Assembly (NCBI GenBank): GCA_013265495.1
Contig: MU058065.1
Span: forward strand, 4,872,976-4,936,975
Source of the DNA: Vicugna vicugna
Taxonomy: Eukaryota
Reading direction: 5' to 3'
Length of the DNA: 64,000 bases
Shown here: one piece after another, positions 22,396 through 36,296 of the stretch
How the letters are laid out: each line of letters starts with the position of its first letter
Numbering within the stretch: position 1 is the first letter of the stretch
The notes under the pieces: generated by a model
Database searches by the model: none
Seen by the model: the letters and a program-made list of their open reading frames with translations, nothing else
What the model was told of the DNA's origin: nothing
Translations under genes and position numbers: made by a program

Positions 22396-23589
22396 ATACA
22401 AGTAAATGTACAGCAGTAGATACCTACACAGACACAAATACACATGCATGTATGTGCTAGTATCATTCAAATAAATATTAAAATTTTGTTTATGTCACCA
22501 AGAGCCATCCCAGGGACCCCCTATTCATCCCACTACCTGAGCATCATGTGTGTCATTCTGTGGGAAACATTAAACAGTATGATTTCTAATACCATTTCCA
22601 GCTCCTGTGTTCAGTGACTTGTTTATTCTTATTACTTTCAGCCTCCTACTATGGTTTCAGATGTCTCTAAATAGCACTCCAGTTCTTTGTGTTTTCATCT
22701 ATAATTATTTTCTCAGGGAGGAAGAACAGCATTTGAAATGCAATTTCTCTTTCCCTGTCTGAAAAATTCTGTAACGTGCCCTTAGAAACAAGTAAAGATG
22801 CAAATATATCATTTGCAATATGGAAGCAGAATGAGTCAACCACAGCAGAAAGAACGTTAATTTTAGCTCTGCTACTAACCCTCTGAGTAAATCTGGGAAA
22901 AGTTTTTTGGTGGTGATGGTGGTGGTGGTATGTTTGTTTGCCTTCCTGGTCCTCAGTTGCTCATAAGTACGTTTAGAGAATTGGTTTGTGGGTGAACCCT
23001 AGCATTTTTTTCCTAAACTCTATGTTTCTAGGATCCTAGGAAACTTATCCTAACCAAATGCATGCTGGTGTGACTGTCTTTAAAAGACACAGTTAGAGAC
23101 TGACAATGTATCTGATTTCAAGGAACCCTGGCAGAGTGTGGCAGGCTCCGCCTCTTCCTTGATGTGTGAATACACCTATACAATTAAGAGTAATTTTTGA
23201 TGAATACACCGTATGATTAAGGCTATAGGTAGGTAAGTCCTGCTCCGACCACATGATAGCTATGGGGTCTAAAAGTCATTTTATCTCTTCAGTCACGCAT
23301 AGAATGGAGAGAAAAAAAAAAGGCCTACACTCATAACATGGAGAGCATTAGATGAAATGCCAGGGTAAAGTATTTGCAACCACACCCTACACATCGCAGA
23401 GCCCAGCTGACAGCTTTTGTCAGCATCCTTATAGGAGGGCATCTAAAGCCAAAGGCTAGAACAGACCCTGCAAGGAATCCACATCACAGGAGCAGAGACT
23501 CACCCAAAGGAGAGAACTAGGCCAAGTTAAACGAATGGCCATTCATGCCATCTTCAAAACCGTTGTAACTGAAATTTGCTAAGACTTAC

Positions 23590-23721
23590 ATTCTTGTTCC
23601 CGAGATCTGAACCTCAAGTAATAGTTTTCATGCCAGTTCACATGGTAGATATATGGAGAACTTCGAATCCAGTAAATTCACAGATAGCTCCATTGGCCTT
23701 TACCAGCCACGTTGTTCTCCT
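23590..23721 (-). other. Candidate spliced exon (132 nt), non-coding or disabled
   Basis: Acceptor CACTTTCTTTTATAG| and consensus donor AAT|GTAAGT in repeat-free DNA; all three frames contain a stop. Confidence 0.3.
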
Positions 23722-24636
23722 CTATAAAAGAAAGTGTCTGGAGACAAAGGGTACATTTGGTTCCACATTAAGGAAACTATCCAGATTACAGTTTATTCTC
23801 TAACCAAAGAGCATGGCTGCTTTTGTATAGTCATGGTCTCAAAGGCAAGCCCTTTGTCTTAGAGGTTGAATGGGCTATTTCCCCATATGCCTGATTACAT
23901 GCCGTGCATCTCTAAGCATACTGACAATTTCATTATCCTGAGCACAGTAATCCATGTCAATAGCTCGTCCCCATTTTGAATTATAAAACGCAGTTCTCTT
24001 CAGAAGGCAGGTATGAGCAAACTTTGCTTCTAGTTCTTCAGTGATTGGACTAGGTCCAAAATCAAGCAAGATGCAGAGCAGCCTCTTAAATTTAAACACT
24101 TCCTAAAATTGTCTTTTCAACAAAATGAGGCCACCTAAAAGATAAAAATCTCCCTCCTTTTCTTCCTAAAAAAAGAGGGGGAAAAAAGAAAAAACCCAAA
24201 ACACATAATTACATTCTAATTTAAAACTCTAATTGAGTGTTCTTGTATTCATAAGATGTTCCACTTTCCTTTAGGGACAATAATCTTATTAATCACACAA
24301 GCTGTCTAATCATTTAAGGGCAAAGCTTCTTCAAGCCACATACTTTTGTTGCAAAGCAAATGAGAAAATGCAATCTTACATTTTTTTTCCAAAGTGCATC
24401 TCAGTTATGTACTTTTAAAGGCTACAATCAAATACTCTGGTTGGAAAAAAAGATACCTTCTTGACCAGAGAAGTCTAAAGACAACTCAGTTCAGTCTGTC
24501 TGTAATCTTTAAGGCAGTAGTCCTCTTGATCTCTATACAAATAGTGGTAAAAACGAAACAAGAAACAAAAAAGTCACCACCACCACCACAAAACCCATGG
24601 CACTCATGATTAAAGAACAGATCAACTTGATTGGGG

Positions 24637-24870
24637 AAGTAGTGGGTGAATGGTTGAACACATTGGCTTTGAAACCTGGGGGACCCAAGTTTGATCTTAG
24701 GCCCGTAACCTAATCTCTGAGCCTCAGTATCTATAAAACAAGAATAATAACTGTATCTCTCAAAAGGCTGGAGTAAGGATTCATGAGATAATACTTATAA
24801 GTACTTTGAACTATATGTATCAATATATAGTTGACAAAGTAATCAACAGATATTCAATGTCATCATTATT
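24637..24870 (+). mobile_element. MIR SINE
   Basis: AACCTAATCTCTGAGCCTCAGT.TCTATAAAAC.AGAATAATAAC...AGGATTCATGAGATAATAC. Confidence 0.75.
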
Positions 24871-25344
24871 GGTTTGATCAGGGAATAATTTTGCAAGCAT
24901 GAAATAGCCTACACTTACTCTTCCCCTGCTCTTCATTTCTCTCTCTTGCCAAAGGCATAAGGGGAGAAGGAGAAGGAAATTGGCATTCTCAGAAGATCTA
25001 CCATCTTCCAGGTCCTCACATAGATGATCTCAACTAGTCATCATAGCATCCACACGGGACATTTATTTTATATCTATTTTAATGTTTTATCTATTCTAAT
25101 TTTTAATTTTATATCTATTTTAGCATTAAATCCATTTTAATGATAAGGAAACTGAGCCTCAAAGAGAGAGAAGGAGAGTAAGAATTCTGCTGAATGTCAT
25201 CTGACCAGAAAGAGGTGGAGTCAGCCTGAACCCAGGCCTCCAACTGCCCAGCCCACACTTACCCTATGACAGAAGTTCCTGTGCACATACAAGTACACAC
25301 AGCTGTTTGTGAGACAATCTGGGGCACAGTTTTGGGGGTACTGA

Positions 25345-25548
25345 TAGGCTTATACAACCTACATATAGTACTTTCTTCATTTAATCCTCAGAAGAGTCTT
25401 GTGAGATAATATCATTATCGCTATTTCATAAATAAGGAAACTGAAGGTCAGAGCATAAGAAGTATGAACAGTCAAAAGCTAGTAAGTGGTGGATTCAGGA
25501 CTAAAACTGAAGTTTGGGTGCTGCCAAAGTCCATATTATTTCTCTACT
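25345..25548 (-). mobile_element. MIR SINE (another MIR at about 24990-25270)
   Basis: TCATTTAATCCTCAG...AAGGAAACTGAAGGTCAGAG...AGCTAGTAAGTGGTGGA. Confidence 0.8.
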
Positions 25549-27384
25549 AGGGCAGCTTCTGGTGAATAGCAAAGGGTTTTTTTTTTTTAATAGGAATTCT
25601 TCATTAAAATGCATAGAAACTTTACTTTTTAGTTTCTTAAGTTATATAAGATTTGACTTTCTCTTGGAAAATGAGCTGCCTCGTGGTGAAATTTTTCTTG
25701 CTGAATAGAAGTGATGAGCACTGACTCTCTTTGAGCTGGTGAAAAGGATGAATATGGGCTTCCTGCTGGCTTATTTCTTGTGTATGAAGGCATCCAACAA
25801 AGGGGAAAGGTCCTATTTGATTTGAGCAGAATGTGGAATCCATGCTGCTCATTTGTAAAATTCCTTCCCGCAGCAACTCTCTTCCAGAGAGCGAGGTCAC
25901 AGTGTCGGCAGTCCAAACGCTCACGACCTTCAAGGTGAACTTTAATATACCACATATTTCAACTAGGGAGTTTCAAACGAAGCCTGCTCTTGGCTTTGTG
26001 TTTCCAAGGAGCTCATAGATTTTTGTCTGAAAGCACTGGGTACAGCAATGAGCTCACAGTGGTATCTCAATAAATGCCCGAGGACCAAAGAGTAAGGCGG
26101 GAGCTTTCGGTTGACATTCTAACAGAGTGAGCAACACTGCCTAAGAGGCTACCCCTTGGGACATCTTCAAGGAACCATAGCTGGGATTCTACTGCTTGAA
26201 AATGTACACTCACAAATACCAGTTTTCACCTGTTCTTGAAATGGCATCTTGGTGGTCAAGTAAGTTAGACCAAAGCCATCTTACAGAGATGTTCCGAACC
26301 CACAGATGTTCTAAAACAGGATTTCTGAGAGAAGAAACTGAGATAAAAATATTCAGATTAGCATAAGCTCATAAAATTATTATTTTTATCAGAATAAACT
26401 ATCAATTAGGGGTACAAAGAGGGAGAAAAGCCAAAATGAGCTAAATATCCAAACATGAATTGGCTTTCTAAAATTCTAGTCTTTGCAAACAAAGATTTTA
26501 ACACTGAAAATTACCGTTTTGATTTTTTTGAATGCTGTGCCTAAAGGCCTTAACTAAAAAGCATTATCTTGCTTCTAAATTTAAAGCTTGTCATAGGAAA
26601 CAAAGCTAATTATACACAGTATGCTGAAAAGTATGTCTTAACCACAAACTAGTTGTTTAATGGAAGAAATAAAAGTCTTCCAAATGTCACTTTTCCAATT
26701 CCAAATTCCCAGTAGAATTCCTAGCAGGTTTGGTTATTTTTTTCCCAAAATACTACAAAAACTGCTTGCTTAAATATATGCACAGACACAGCACATCTAA
26801 GTAGACTAAGAGAGCACAAATGTTCTAAAACTTATAAATAAGAAACCCAGTGGTATGGCAGAATATTTAAATATGTAGGAAAACAAATGGCACCTCTAAA
26901 GCACCACCATTCATTTTAATTGACGGTGATTTTGGTTTAATAGCCTCTGGCTCAATTTACATAGTAGGTCACCCCCGGGTTCTGATGCTTATCACCAGAG
27001 TAGCCTCTAGTCTCTCTTTCTTCCAGCTGGTCCACCAGCCTGCCGCAAGAGATGCAGTTCCTAACACACAGCTTGCTAAGAGGCAACTTGCTTACAGTGG
27101 TCCTCCCCTCAAAATTATTCCATGGGTCTCTCTTATTGGCAGAAGTATGTCTCATCTCTGCTTTGTGGCATTTATGGACCTTAAAAAGGCTAATAATCGT
27201 ATAACTCAGTCTCCTTCAAATTATACGTTGCCTAGAAAATCCAGGGAGTATGTCCTGATGAGTATGTCTAACTGTATCAAGCTTAAGGATACCTCCAGTG
27301 GCTCCCATTGCTGCACTGGGGACAAAGATTACTATCAGGCTGTTGAATATGGGAGCTAAAGCTTACAATCTGTGGCTGGAAGTA

Positions 27385-27572
27385 TTCCATCTGTATTCAT
27401 TAATTTATAAGAATCATCTATTGGGTTGTTAAAAATATGGGTCCCTAGGTTCTGACTCCTCTCCCAAAGGTGCTGACTTGTGAAATCTTGGGTAAGAGAC
27501 AGAAACCTGCATTTGGAGAGTCCCCAGTCACCCTGGTCCAACCCAGCAGTACATCCATATTTGAAATCACCC
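27385..27572. mobile_element. MER5-like hAT-Charlie element
   Basis: AGAATCATCT..GGGTTGTTAAAAAT...CTGAC...AAACCTGCATTT...TTTGAAATCAC; degenerate. Confidence 0.55.
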
Positions 27573-27579
27573 AGAATTG

Positions 27580-27700
27580 ACTCTCTTCATTTTACAGATG
27601 TAAACACTGAGACCCAGACTGGTAAAGACTTACTGATGTTCATGCAGGAAGTTGCTGTAAACTGGAACTGGAACCCGGGTCTCTCACTTCCTGGTTTCTC
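27580..27700 (-). mobile_element. MIR SINE fragment
   Basis: CATTTTACAGATGTAAACACTGAGACCCAGA...GGAACTGGAACCCGGGTCT. Confidence 0.75.
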
Positions 27701-28604
27701 CCCTTTCCGGGAGGCTCCCTGCAGCAGAAATGCAGAGGGTTTCATGTGGCATCTCTGAGTAGCTTCCTTTGGCTCTTAACTGATTCCACAAGGAACCTAC
27801 CCCTGCACGTCTGCCTTTTTATGAGGAGAAAATGATGGAAAAGCCTATCACAGGTCAATGCAAGAAAGTCCTTTCACAAGAGGAATTTTTTTTCTGGCTC
27901 ATCTAATTCATCACTGTACTCTGCCTTATACCTTGTCTGTAAAGTGGGATCAGAACCAGCTCTAATTGAATGGTCCGTTAGGGTTATCAAAAGCAGGGAC
28001 CAAGAAAAGAAATTCACTCTCACCACTTGAACTACTCTATGACAGATTTTCCTGAGCATACAGTGTACGTCTGCGTTTCTGTTATAACATTAGCATCAAA
28101 GACAGAATGGAAAAATCAGATTGTCAGCTCATAATTTAGCATTCTCATGAGAAAAGTTTATGCATGTCCTATAAATGCCTCACAAGTTGACATTTATGTT
28201 TTGGGCCAGCTGAGATATATTTACTCTTAACTTGAGCTGAAATGTATACTTGGAAATGAATTTGATCCACCTGGTATGAGATTCTTTCTCTAGCAAACCT
28301 TCTTGAAAAAAAAAACAACTTGACATCTTTGATAGATTCATTAATTCATTCTGGACGAAACTATGTAGTTTTATGTGCTCAAACAGAAACTTCTTAAATA
28401 CTCCTCTGCTTGACTTAACTAATTTTATGTAGCTCCATTTACTACCATGAAATAGTGTAAGTACCAGGGGAATTGAATTCATGGTCTGTTTCACAATAAG
28501 AAAATGTGCTTAGTAGGGGGAAAGTCTTTAAAGGTATTTCCAGCACTGGATTATAAAATTATTGCTTTTCTCACAAATAGGTCAACTTATTCTGGTAAGA
28601 CTTA

Positions 28605-29050
28605 GTTATTCATTCATCCATTCAACAAATATATATTGAGCCCTCCGTATGGGCTGGAAACTGCTGGACCCTGGAACTTAACAATGAGCAAAAACACATT
28701 TCCCTTGCACAATAGATAAACAAGGGCTTCCAAGGGGATACAAACATTAGTCATATGATCACACAGAAGCCCATCAAACTAGGGAAGTGTAGACTGGAGT
28801 GGGGTCAATGACGTCAGAGAAAGCTTCCGAGAAGCATCAACAACCCAGCTGAAGCCAGAAGGGTGAGTAGTTTCTAACTAAGGCAAAAAGGAAGAGAATG
28901 GGTATGCATGACAGTAGGAACATCATGACCAAGGAACACACAGCCTCGTTCTTAAAAAAAGACACTAAGAGCCCCCAAGTCTATGCACAAGATATTTTTG
29001 AAGCCAACCTTGAGGCTTGCACCAACCATCTAGGTCTTGATCATGTGGTG
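28605..29050 (-). mobile_element. L2 3' region
   Basis: ATTCATTCATCCATTCAACAAATATATATTGAGC start; GTCAGAGAAAGCTTCC...AGCTGAAGCCAGAAGGGTGAGTAG. Confidence 0.75.
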
Positions 29051-30620
29051 GTTGTGGTTTATAGAACAAAGTACTTGATGAGAAGACCTGGGGACGTTTC
29101 TTTAATCTGCATGGTTCTGAGCCTTCCCATCTGCAAAGTGACCTTAATGAAGCCTACTGCCTAGGGTCAGAGGAGGGTTCAGCGGGATCAGGTGTGAGGA
29201 GATTTATGAACTGAGAAGCAATATACAAAAGTGGAGGATTATAAAAAATTACAGTCATTCATTCTTCAAATACATACACTCTTCTCTGGTAAAAATAAAA
29301 TCAGGTATCATTAAGGTAGCTCTGTAATCTGCTGAAGAGCAGGCATATTATTTTCTCCTGGTGCCATACCAATGAGAACACAAGTTCTCTGAGCCTTAAT
29401 CTGAAGTCTTTGGAGGACTTCCATGAGGGATGAGCCTTGCTTAAAACCGGCCTGACTCAAAAACCTGGCTTCAGCGCCACGTGGCTGTGAAACATCAGCC
29501 CAGCCCTAAGAGTCCACCATCTGAAGCTCGGAGAGCCCTGAGAACACCACGGGGTAACCACAGATATTTCCTAAAGCTTCTCATCCACAAGTCTTTGGCC
29601 TGGCTGGCAAAAAAAAAAAAAATCTATTCTTATCCTCACCCGGAATCTCTTCATTCCAGGGTCTTCCCCACGCCGGCTGCTGGAGGGCCCGAGGAAATTA
29701 TACCTCAGAAGAATGTTTTAACAAAGTTATAATGTGGTTATACAGTTAACATCAAGGAAATTCTGGGCTAATTAATCTAATTAGGAGTTGAGCATTTCAA
29801 GAAGAGTGGTAGACAGAAGGGAGAAGAAAGGAGAGTTGATACGTCCAAAGAACAGCATGTGGCTTGAGGGTTTGCAGGGAAAAGGGGATGGCCACTCTGC
29901 TCAGGAATTTAATAAAGGGAAATTAGCAAATTATTGCTGTGGTCCTATTAGCTCAATTCAGATAGGGTCAGTGGGCCATTTGGGGAAAAACAGTTGCTTA
30001 ATGCGGTACAGAGAGTTAGAAATGCTTCTTGCTGGAAAGAATGCATTTCTGCCTTTGTTTATTTTCTCTAGAAGCCACGTTACTATCCTCAGAAAGTAAG
30101 GGGGTTTTGTTTGTTTGTTTTTGTGTGTGTTTTTTTAATCAGAGTGGCAAAGCTTAACTTCTACAAAACTTTCATTCACAAGGGGAGTAACACTGGCCCC
30201 TGTTCTACTTGACACCGAAACTCCAAGAGGATTCAGCGGTTGGTTAGACAGTCGGGACAGCAGTTCTGTGGCTTGATAGTCAACTCCGCCTTCCCATGAG
30301 GGGTTCCTCTGTCCTACTGAGCAGAAGTCATCCAGGGAAGGTCACTCTACGATGTCCCAGGGGCAGTGAGAATTCTGAATGGATCCATGACGATTATTAA
30401 AGCATTCACAGAAATTTGGCAGACGTCTCTTCTTGTGAATGGATGGAAGAAAGAAGCATGGGGAGACCTTTTCTTAGTGCAAACTTAAGTTGTATAAACA
30501 CAGTTGCATCTCAACATGATATTAAAGCAGTGGTCCTTCCAAGGTAAAGCCAGTTCCATGTCTTTCAGTCCTGGGTTGAAGAACATCTGAACATTCTTAT
30601 TAATCCAGTTTTTCCATTAC

Positions 30621-30646
30621 GTGTGTGTGTGTGTGTGTGTGTGTGT
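30621..30646. repeat. (GT)n microsatellite
   Basis: About 13 perfect GT units. Confidence 0.95.
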
Positions 30647-30984
30647 AGATCTTATCTTAAGGCTTCACCATCCTTGTTGGAGTGTCACTGTTTCCAAGTG
30701 TCTGAGGTACGGTTTCTCATTAAAGCACAGGTCAATCCCCCAGCTATTCAGCAAATTCTAGAACTTCTTATGTATAGCACCAATATAACAAAGCTAGAAC
30801 TCTTCATTTCATGGGAAATTTTGAATTATTTCAAAGAATAGGAATTTTTTTTTCCTTTCTGTGAACACAGAAGCTTTGAGTGACACTTCTTTGCACTATA
30901 TTTGCCATTAATATCATATTACTTTTCCAGTTTCTGTTCACCTCTTTTTTTTTTTCTTCCAGGATATAACTCTGCAGCCTTCTC

Positions 30985-31785
30985 CACATTATTCAGGCTA
31001 GAAAATCTGATGTAGTCCTTACTTCTGCATTTTTCTCAATCCTTATTTCCAGTCAGTTTACGCTTTCTATCAATTAGATATTCAAAGTAACTCTCCTATG
31101 CGTTCCTTTCTTCCAATCACTCTGTCCAGGACCTCAGTATGGACTCTTTTGATCTCTTTCTGAACTCTTGCAATAGCTTTTTAACAGGCTGCCTGCCTCT
31201 GATCTCACTTTGCCAACCCGTCCTTTACACTTTCCCCAGGTTGATCTTTGTAAAGCAGAGTTTTGATCATGTTACTATTTTGAAAACTATTTGACAAGTC
31301 CAAACGTCCATGGCCATGGTATAAAGACAAAAATCCTTCAAGGCTTTCATTAATCTGACCCCAATTCAACTTTGAAATACATCACCTCTTCCATACATCT
31401 TAGACAACAACAAAGGAGGTCATTTGCCATTTTCCGTGTATCCTACTTTTTTTTTTCACACATCTGACTTTTGTTCTCTGTTCCTTTAGTCTGGAATATC
31501 ATTACAAGCCCAACGCTGCTGTCCATTACTAGCATGTGAAGGGCATTCTCATCCTTCATAGTTGAGCTCAGATGGCAAAAGCTCTGTGAAAAGTTTCCTA
31601 TTATTCTCAGTTGTAATTCAGCTTCTTCATCTGACTCCATTGTCCTTGTACATCTGTTTTGTAAACAGGTTCTCAGTTGTATTCAGAGCTTCGTGATGGG
31701 CCAGGCTATCTTCATAATTTTGTGTCCTCTAAGAAGTATCTAGATACTAGTAAATACTTAATTTGTTCTGAAGAATTAAGAAAAT
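30985..31785 (+). mobile_element. L2 ORF2/3' region
   Basis: CAGGCTAGAAAATCTG, TTGCAATAGCTTTTTAACAGG, GATCATGTTACT, TTCAAGGCTTTCATTAATCTGACCCC, through to a 3' end. Confidence 0.75.
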
Positions 31786-32399
31786 GGGGAAGAAAATCTA
31801 ATAATTTGATACGTCACATCAGTAGGACAAATAATAAAACAGTAAAATAATCCAAAAGATTTTTCAAAAGATGCTGAAATTCTTCATTTTAAAGACTTTC
31901 AGAGATTAGGAATAAAAGAATGTCTTCACATCTTAAAAGATTCTATCTTAGTTAGTTAATAATCTTCTTAATTTAAAAATATTAGCAATTAAAATGATAG
32001 TCCTGGCTCTATGTGGTTTATCACCTTACCTCCTGAGATCATACTGAAATAAAAATAATTTTTACAGTAAAGTTCAAGCCAACAAAGAGGTTCTCCTAGA
32101 AATTTATGAATTTCTAGAGTAATAAAAGCATGGAATAGAGAAGTGGCATCCATGAAGTAAAGAAAGGGACTGAAAGATGAAAACACTTGGATAGAGAGAT
32201 ACAGTGAGGAACTGTCATTCAACCCTTCAGAATCTCAGGAAGATCTGAGACTCAGAAACACTAGGTATGATGCAGGGAAGGAATAAGACCTAAAACTGAC
32301 AACAAGAGGGAGTAATTGAAAGTTTTTATACTTAATTTCCCACATACCCTGTGTATGTGCAAAACTCCTGAAAGTCTGCCGAATGCCTCTAAATAAAAA

Positions 32400-34040
32400 G
32401 ATCAAAATGATCTGAAAGCTGGAGAAATTAAAAGGTCCTAATTTCTGACATTTGAGAATCCCACAGCCTCATGAAAATTTCCCAGTGACTCTACAAGAAA
32501 GTCCCCCAGTCAAAAAGCCCCACCCACATACAAAGAGTTGCCAAGGAGCTTTTTGTCATCACATCCCTAAAAATTAGAGAACTGGGATCGACTGACAATG
32601 GGGAAAATATGAAATGGAAAAATGACCAAGATAAACACAGAGAAAAAAAAATGCCCCTAAAGGAAACCAAGGTAATTTAGGGGAACAAAATTAACACTGT
32701 GAGGAGCCCCTTTCACTCTAGAATAAGCTAAGATGCCTGCCCTCATTAATATTATTGAAATTTGTTTTGAAGAATCCAGCCAATGCAATAAGAAATGGAA
32801 ATAATGCAACACTTGAAAGGATAAGTGGAGAGTAAAATTATTTCTAGATTATAATAATTATAAACCTAAGATAAAACATTTAACAAAAGAATATTTTAAA
32901 ACTGTAACACACGTATCAAGGTGCTAAGATGCAAAATAAATGTACATATGAAGAACATTAATTAAGTACTTCCCATGGGCCAATATATATATATAAAACT
33001 TATGCCAGAATGCTTTATTTTAAAAATGCAATGTGAGAAAGACATCTTAATTTATGATAGTAAACAAAAATATAGAATTATAAGGAATAAACTTTAAATA
33101 TATTCACAGGATTTGATGAAAACTATAAAAAACTCTACTGTTGTGGTTTATTTTATGTGTCAACTTGAGGGAGAGCTTTTGGATAAGATTAACATTTAAA
33201 TTGGTAAAATTTGAGCAGACAATTGCCCTTCATCATGTAGGTGAGCCTTACCCAATCAGTTGAAGGCTTGAACAAAAAGATCACCCTCCTTAAGCAAGAG
33301 AGATTTCTCCAGCAGACTGCCTTCAGATTTTATCTGCACCATTGGCTTTCCTTGGCATCTATATTTCAGACTGGAACTGCAACATGGACTCTTTCTGGAC
33401 CCCCAACCTACCAGCCAGCCCACCAGCCAGCTCACACCGCAGATTTGGGCATGCTGGCCTCTGCAATCTTGCATTTCAGTTTCTTATAACAAATCTCTTT
33501 CTACATATATACACATCCCATTGGTTCTGTTTCTCTGGAGAACCCTAAAACACTTGAGTAAGACCTTTAATCAATAGAGATAAATACCTATGGGTACCAC
33601 TATGGAAAGATGAAATTTTAGAAGCTCTCACTCTTTCTAATACAATGGGCATTATCAGTTCTCACCAACATCTTGATGTGATGGTTCTGAAAACAAATCT
33701 ATTCTAAATGCACATTTAAAAATTAATATCCAGAATCATTTGAAAAAAGATGAAGATTGTGAATGTCTTGCCCAATATAAACACTGACTATAAAACAGCC
33801 ATAATGGAAAACATGCTGTTTTGGTGCAAAATTAGAATGATGGCAAAATGAAAGAGAATAAACTGTCCATGTGGACAAAACACTCCATTTGTCTTGTTCA
33901 CATAGTACACATTTCAGGTTTTTGTTTTGTTTCAGTCATAAGTGAACAGAATAGATGGCATGGAAAACAAGTATGGCATCTGTGAGATGTTAACTTATGG
34001 GGAAAGGAATGAAAGGATTAATTACTCAATAAATTATCTT
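32400..34040 (+). mobile_element. Old L1/HAL1 fragments (interrupted by an MLT2 LTR)
   Basis: A-rich degenerate ORF2-like sequence (AGATGCCTGCCCTCA, CCAGCCAATGCAATAAG, GAAAACTATAAAA, GACTATAAAACAGCCATAAT). Confidence 0.6.
33139..33552 (+). mobile_element. MLT2D-like ERVL solo LTR
   Basis: TG..GTGGTTTATTTTATGTGTCAACTTG...CCAATCAGTTGAAGGCTTGAA...CCCATTGGTTCTGTTTCTCTGGAGAACCCTAAAACA. Confidence 0.88.
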
Positions 34041-36296
34041 GACAAAGCAAGCCACACATTTTTGTGTGTGGCGGTGTTGCTTTATTTCGTTTTTATCAAG
34101 TTAGACGTACATCTCAGAGCTGACATCAGAAAAATTCCAGTGGGCTGGAAACACTCCACTGGCATTCCTAATCAACTCAGGTGGCTCAAGAATGTAAGAT
34201 GTGGTGTAAACCCTGCCTACTGCACCTTTCCAAGAGGGAAAAGAATCAGTGTGTGCAATAAATGCATACCTCTTCTGAACAAGCATGGAAGTCATTCCTA
34301 CTCAACTAGATAAACAAAAACACACAGAAAAGAAGAAAGTATTGAACCTTGGCCAAAATTGTAGTTCAGATAAATATATTAATACATTTTAGACAATAAG
34401 AAGGAAGGGGAGGAAGGGGAGAAGTTGAAATACAGATCCTTGGAGAGATGCAGCGGGTGGGGGTACACTGAGACTGTCCTCACCATCAGTGAGAAGGCTC
34501 TGGGGCCCCAGCCTTCTAGGGAGGGTTGATCCAGGTCTGGGTCCAACTACCCCGAGGCTGCACCTATGGCATAAGGGGCTTATTAGAGTCACAAATAAAT
34601 CAACATCAGGTCTCTCCAGCCCACGGCTGCCTCTCATCAAAACCGCTCGACTAAATAAGGAAAACCATTTCCCTAACAGCAAGAGAGAACCATAAAGACA
34701 TAAAACCCAGAATCAAGTGAGATGGGTGAGTAGCTCCAAGTAGTCCCAGGAGAGAGACAAGATGCCCCAAGAGGGTCTTGCGTTAGGGGTCTCCTGGGTG
34801 TGGCTATTGTGCGTGGGTGGCCCTGAAGGGGTGAAACCAAGCTTGTGCATCGTGTGAGGTGAGTCAGTGTTGCTGAAATGAGGGGGGAGGCAGAGCAGGT
34901 GTCTGCAGCTGGCCAAGGAAGAAGCCCAGGTGGCCCCTCTCTGTCCACTACAGGGAGGAAAGGAAAGGAGGCAAGACACAGGAAAGATCAAGGACGTCTC
35001 ATCCTGTTCGCTCAGTGACAATCCTAGTGACTCCTTAATGAGGCTCTAGAAAACTTTAGGGTCCAGAGGACCTTTGAGTTAAAATAAAGAAAAGTAATGA
35101 ATCAAGGGACGAAGAGTTAGATAAAGCAAGCATCACTTAGATTTTTGACAGTCAGAGATGTAAGGGAAGAGCAAGAATGATTCACACGCTCTGTTTCGTT
35201 GTAGTTTTACTTCCCCAGGGGAATTCACGACTTCACTTAGTCACACATATTTGCTTGAATGAGGTGGGTAGATTAATGGCACGGGTGGCTGTTACCAACC
35301 TCCGAGTTGCAGCTCTGACAGCTTGGCTGCCTCCTCCCTTTCAGAGCATGGAAATGAAGAAAGACCAGTTAGCATAAAGCTCTTTGGTAGAACAAACACT
35401 CGTGGAAGTGCAGGCGATTTTACGCTCATGCCCAGGATGGTGCTGACTCTGTGTCATCCCAGCTGTTTGTTTGCTCCTTTCTGCCTGAACATTTACGCAA
35501 GAATGAAGAAAACAAATAAATGTAGATGGGTGTCTTCCTCAGTTTAAAACTCAACATCTTCTCTTCCCAGTAATAATAGAAAACTGGCCATCTTGATATA
35601 ACACTCAAAATGATCTATCTGCTGTTTTCTTGTGTGGTTTGTTTGTCTTTTAAAGGTTTCTCCACAGTCCATCTTTAAATCAAATCCAAACTTGACAGTT
35701 AGCAAAATATTTCATTTCCATGAGTGCCCTTTTTAGAATAACTTAATGAGTATTGATGAAATCTATCAAGAATTACTCACCATTTCCTTCGATTACTTAT
35801 CAGTAGAATATTTTCAAGTTCTGTTGACAATTTCAAGTTCCATTTAGTTTAAAGGAGATATGCTGAAATATTATAGTATTGTTTTGTTAGTTTTCCCATT
35901 TTTTTTTCTCTTGAGTAACACAGGAAAATTTTCAACTCCATACATGCAAGGCTATTTCTATACCTGCTCACAAAGATGGATTACTCTAAAGCTAACCAGA
36001 ATGGTTTGTAAACAGCATCTCAAATAATCAGTCTGGATTGTGTGATCTACCTGGCCAGGCAGAAATAGATTTATCAAGATGAAGGGCTGTGGCAGACCAC
36101 GTTGCTCTGCCCTACTGTTCAGAGATGTGTTTACTAAGCACAAATTCATGGATTTATAAGATGTAGGGCTAGACCAGGCCTTAGAGACTCTTGGCCTTTC
36201 ATTTTACAGAAGGGCCCATGACCTAGAAAGGGAAAGTGATCTTTCCAGAATCCATGGTGAAATTAGAGAAAAAGCCAGAACAAAAATTTCTGTCAT

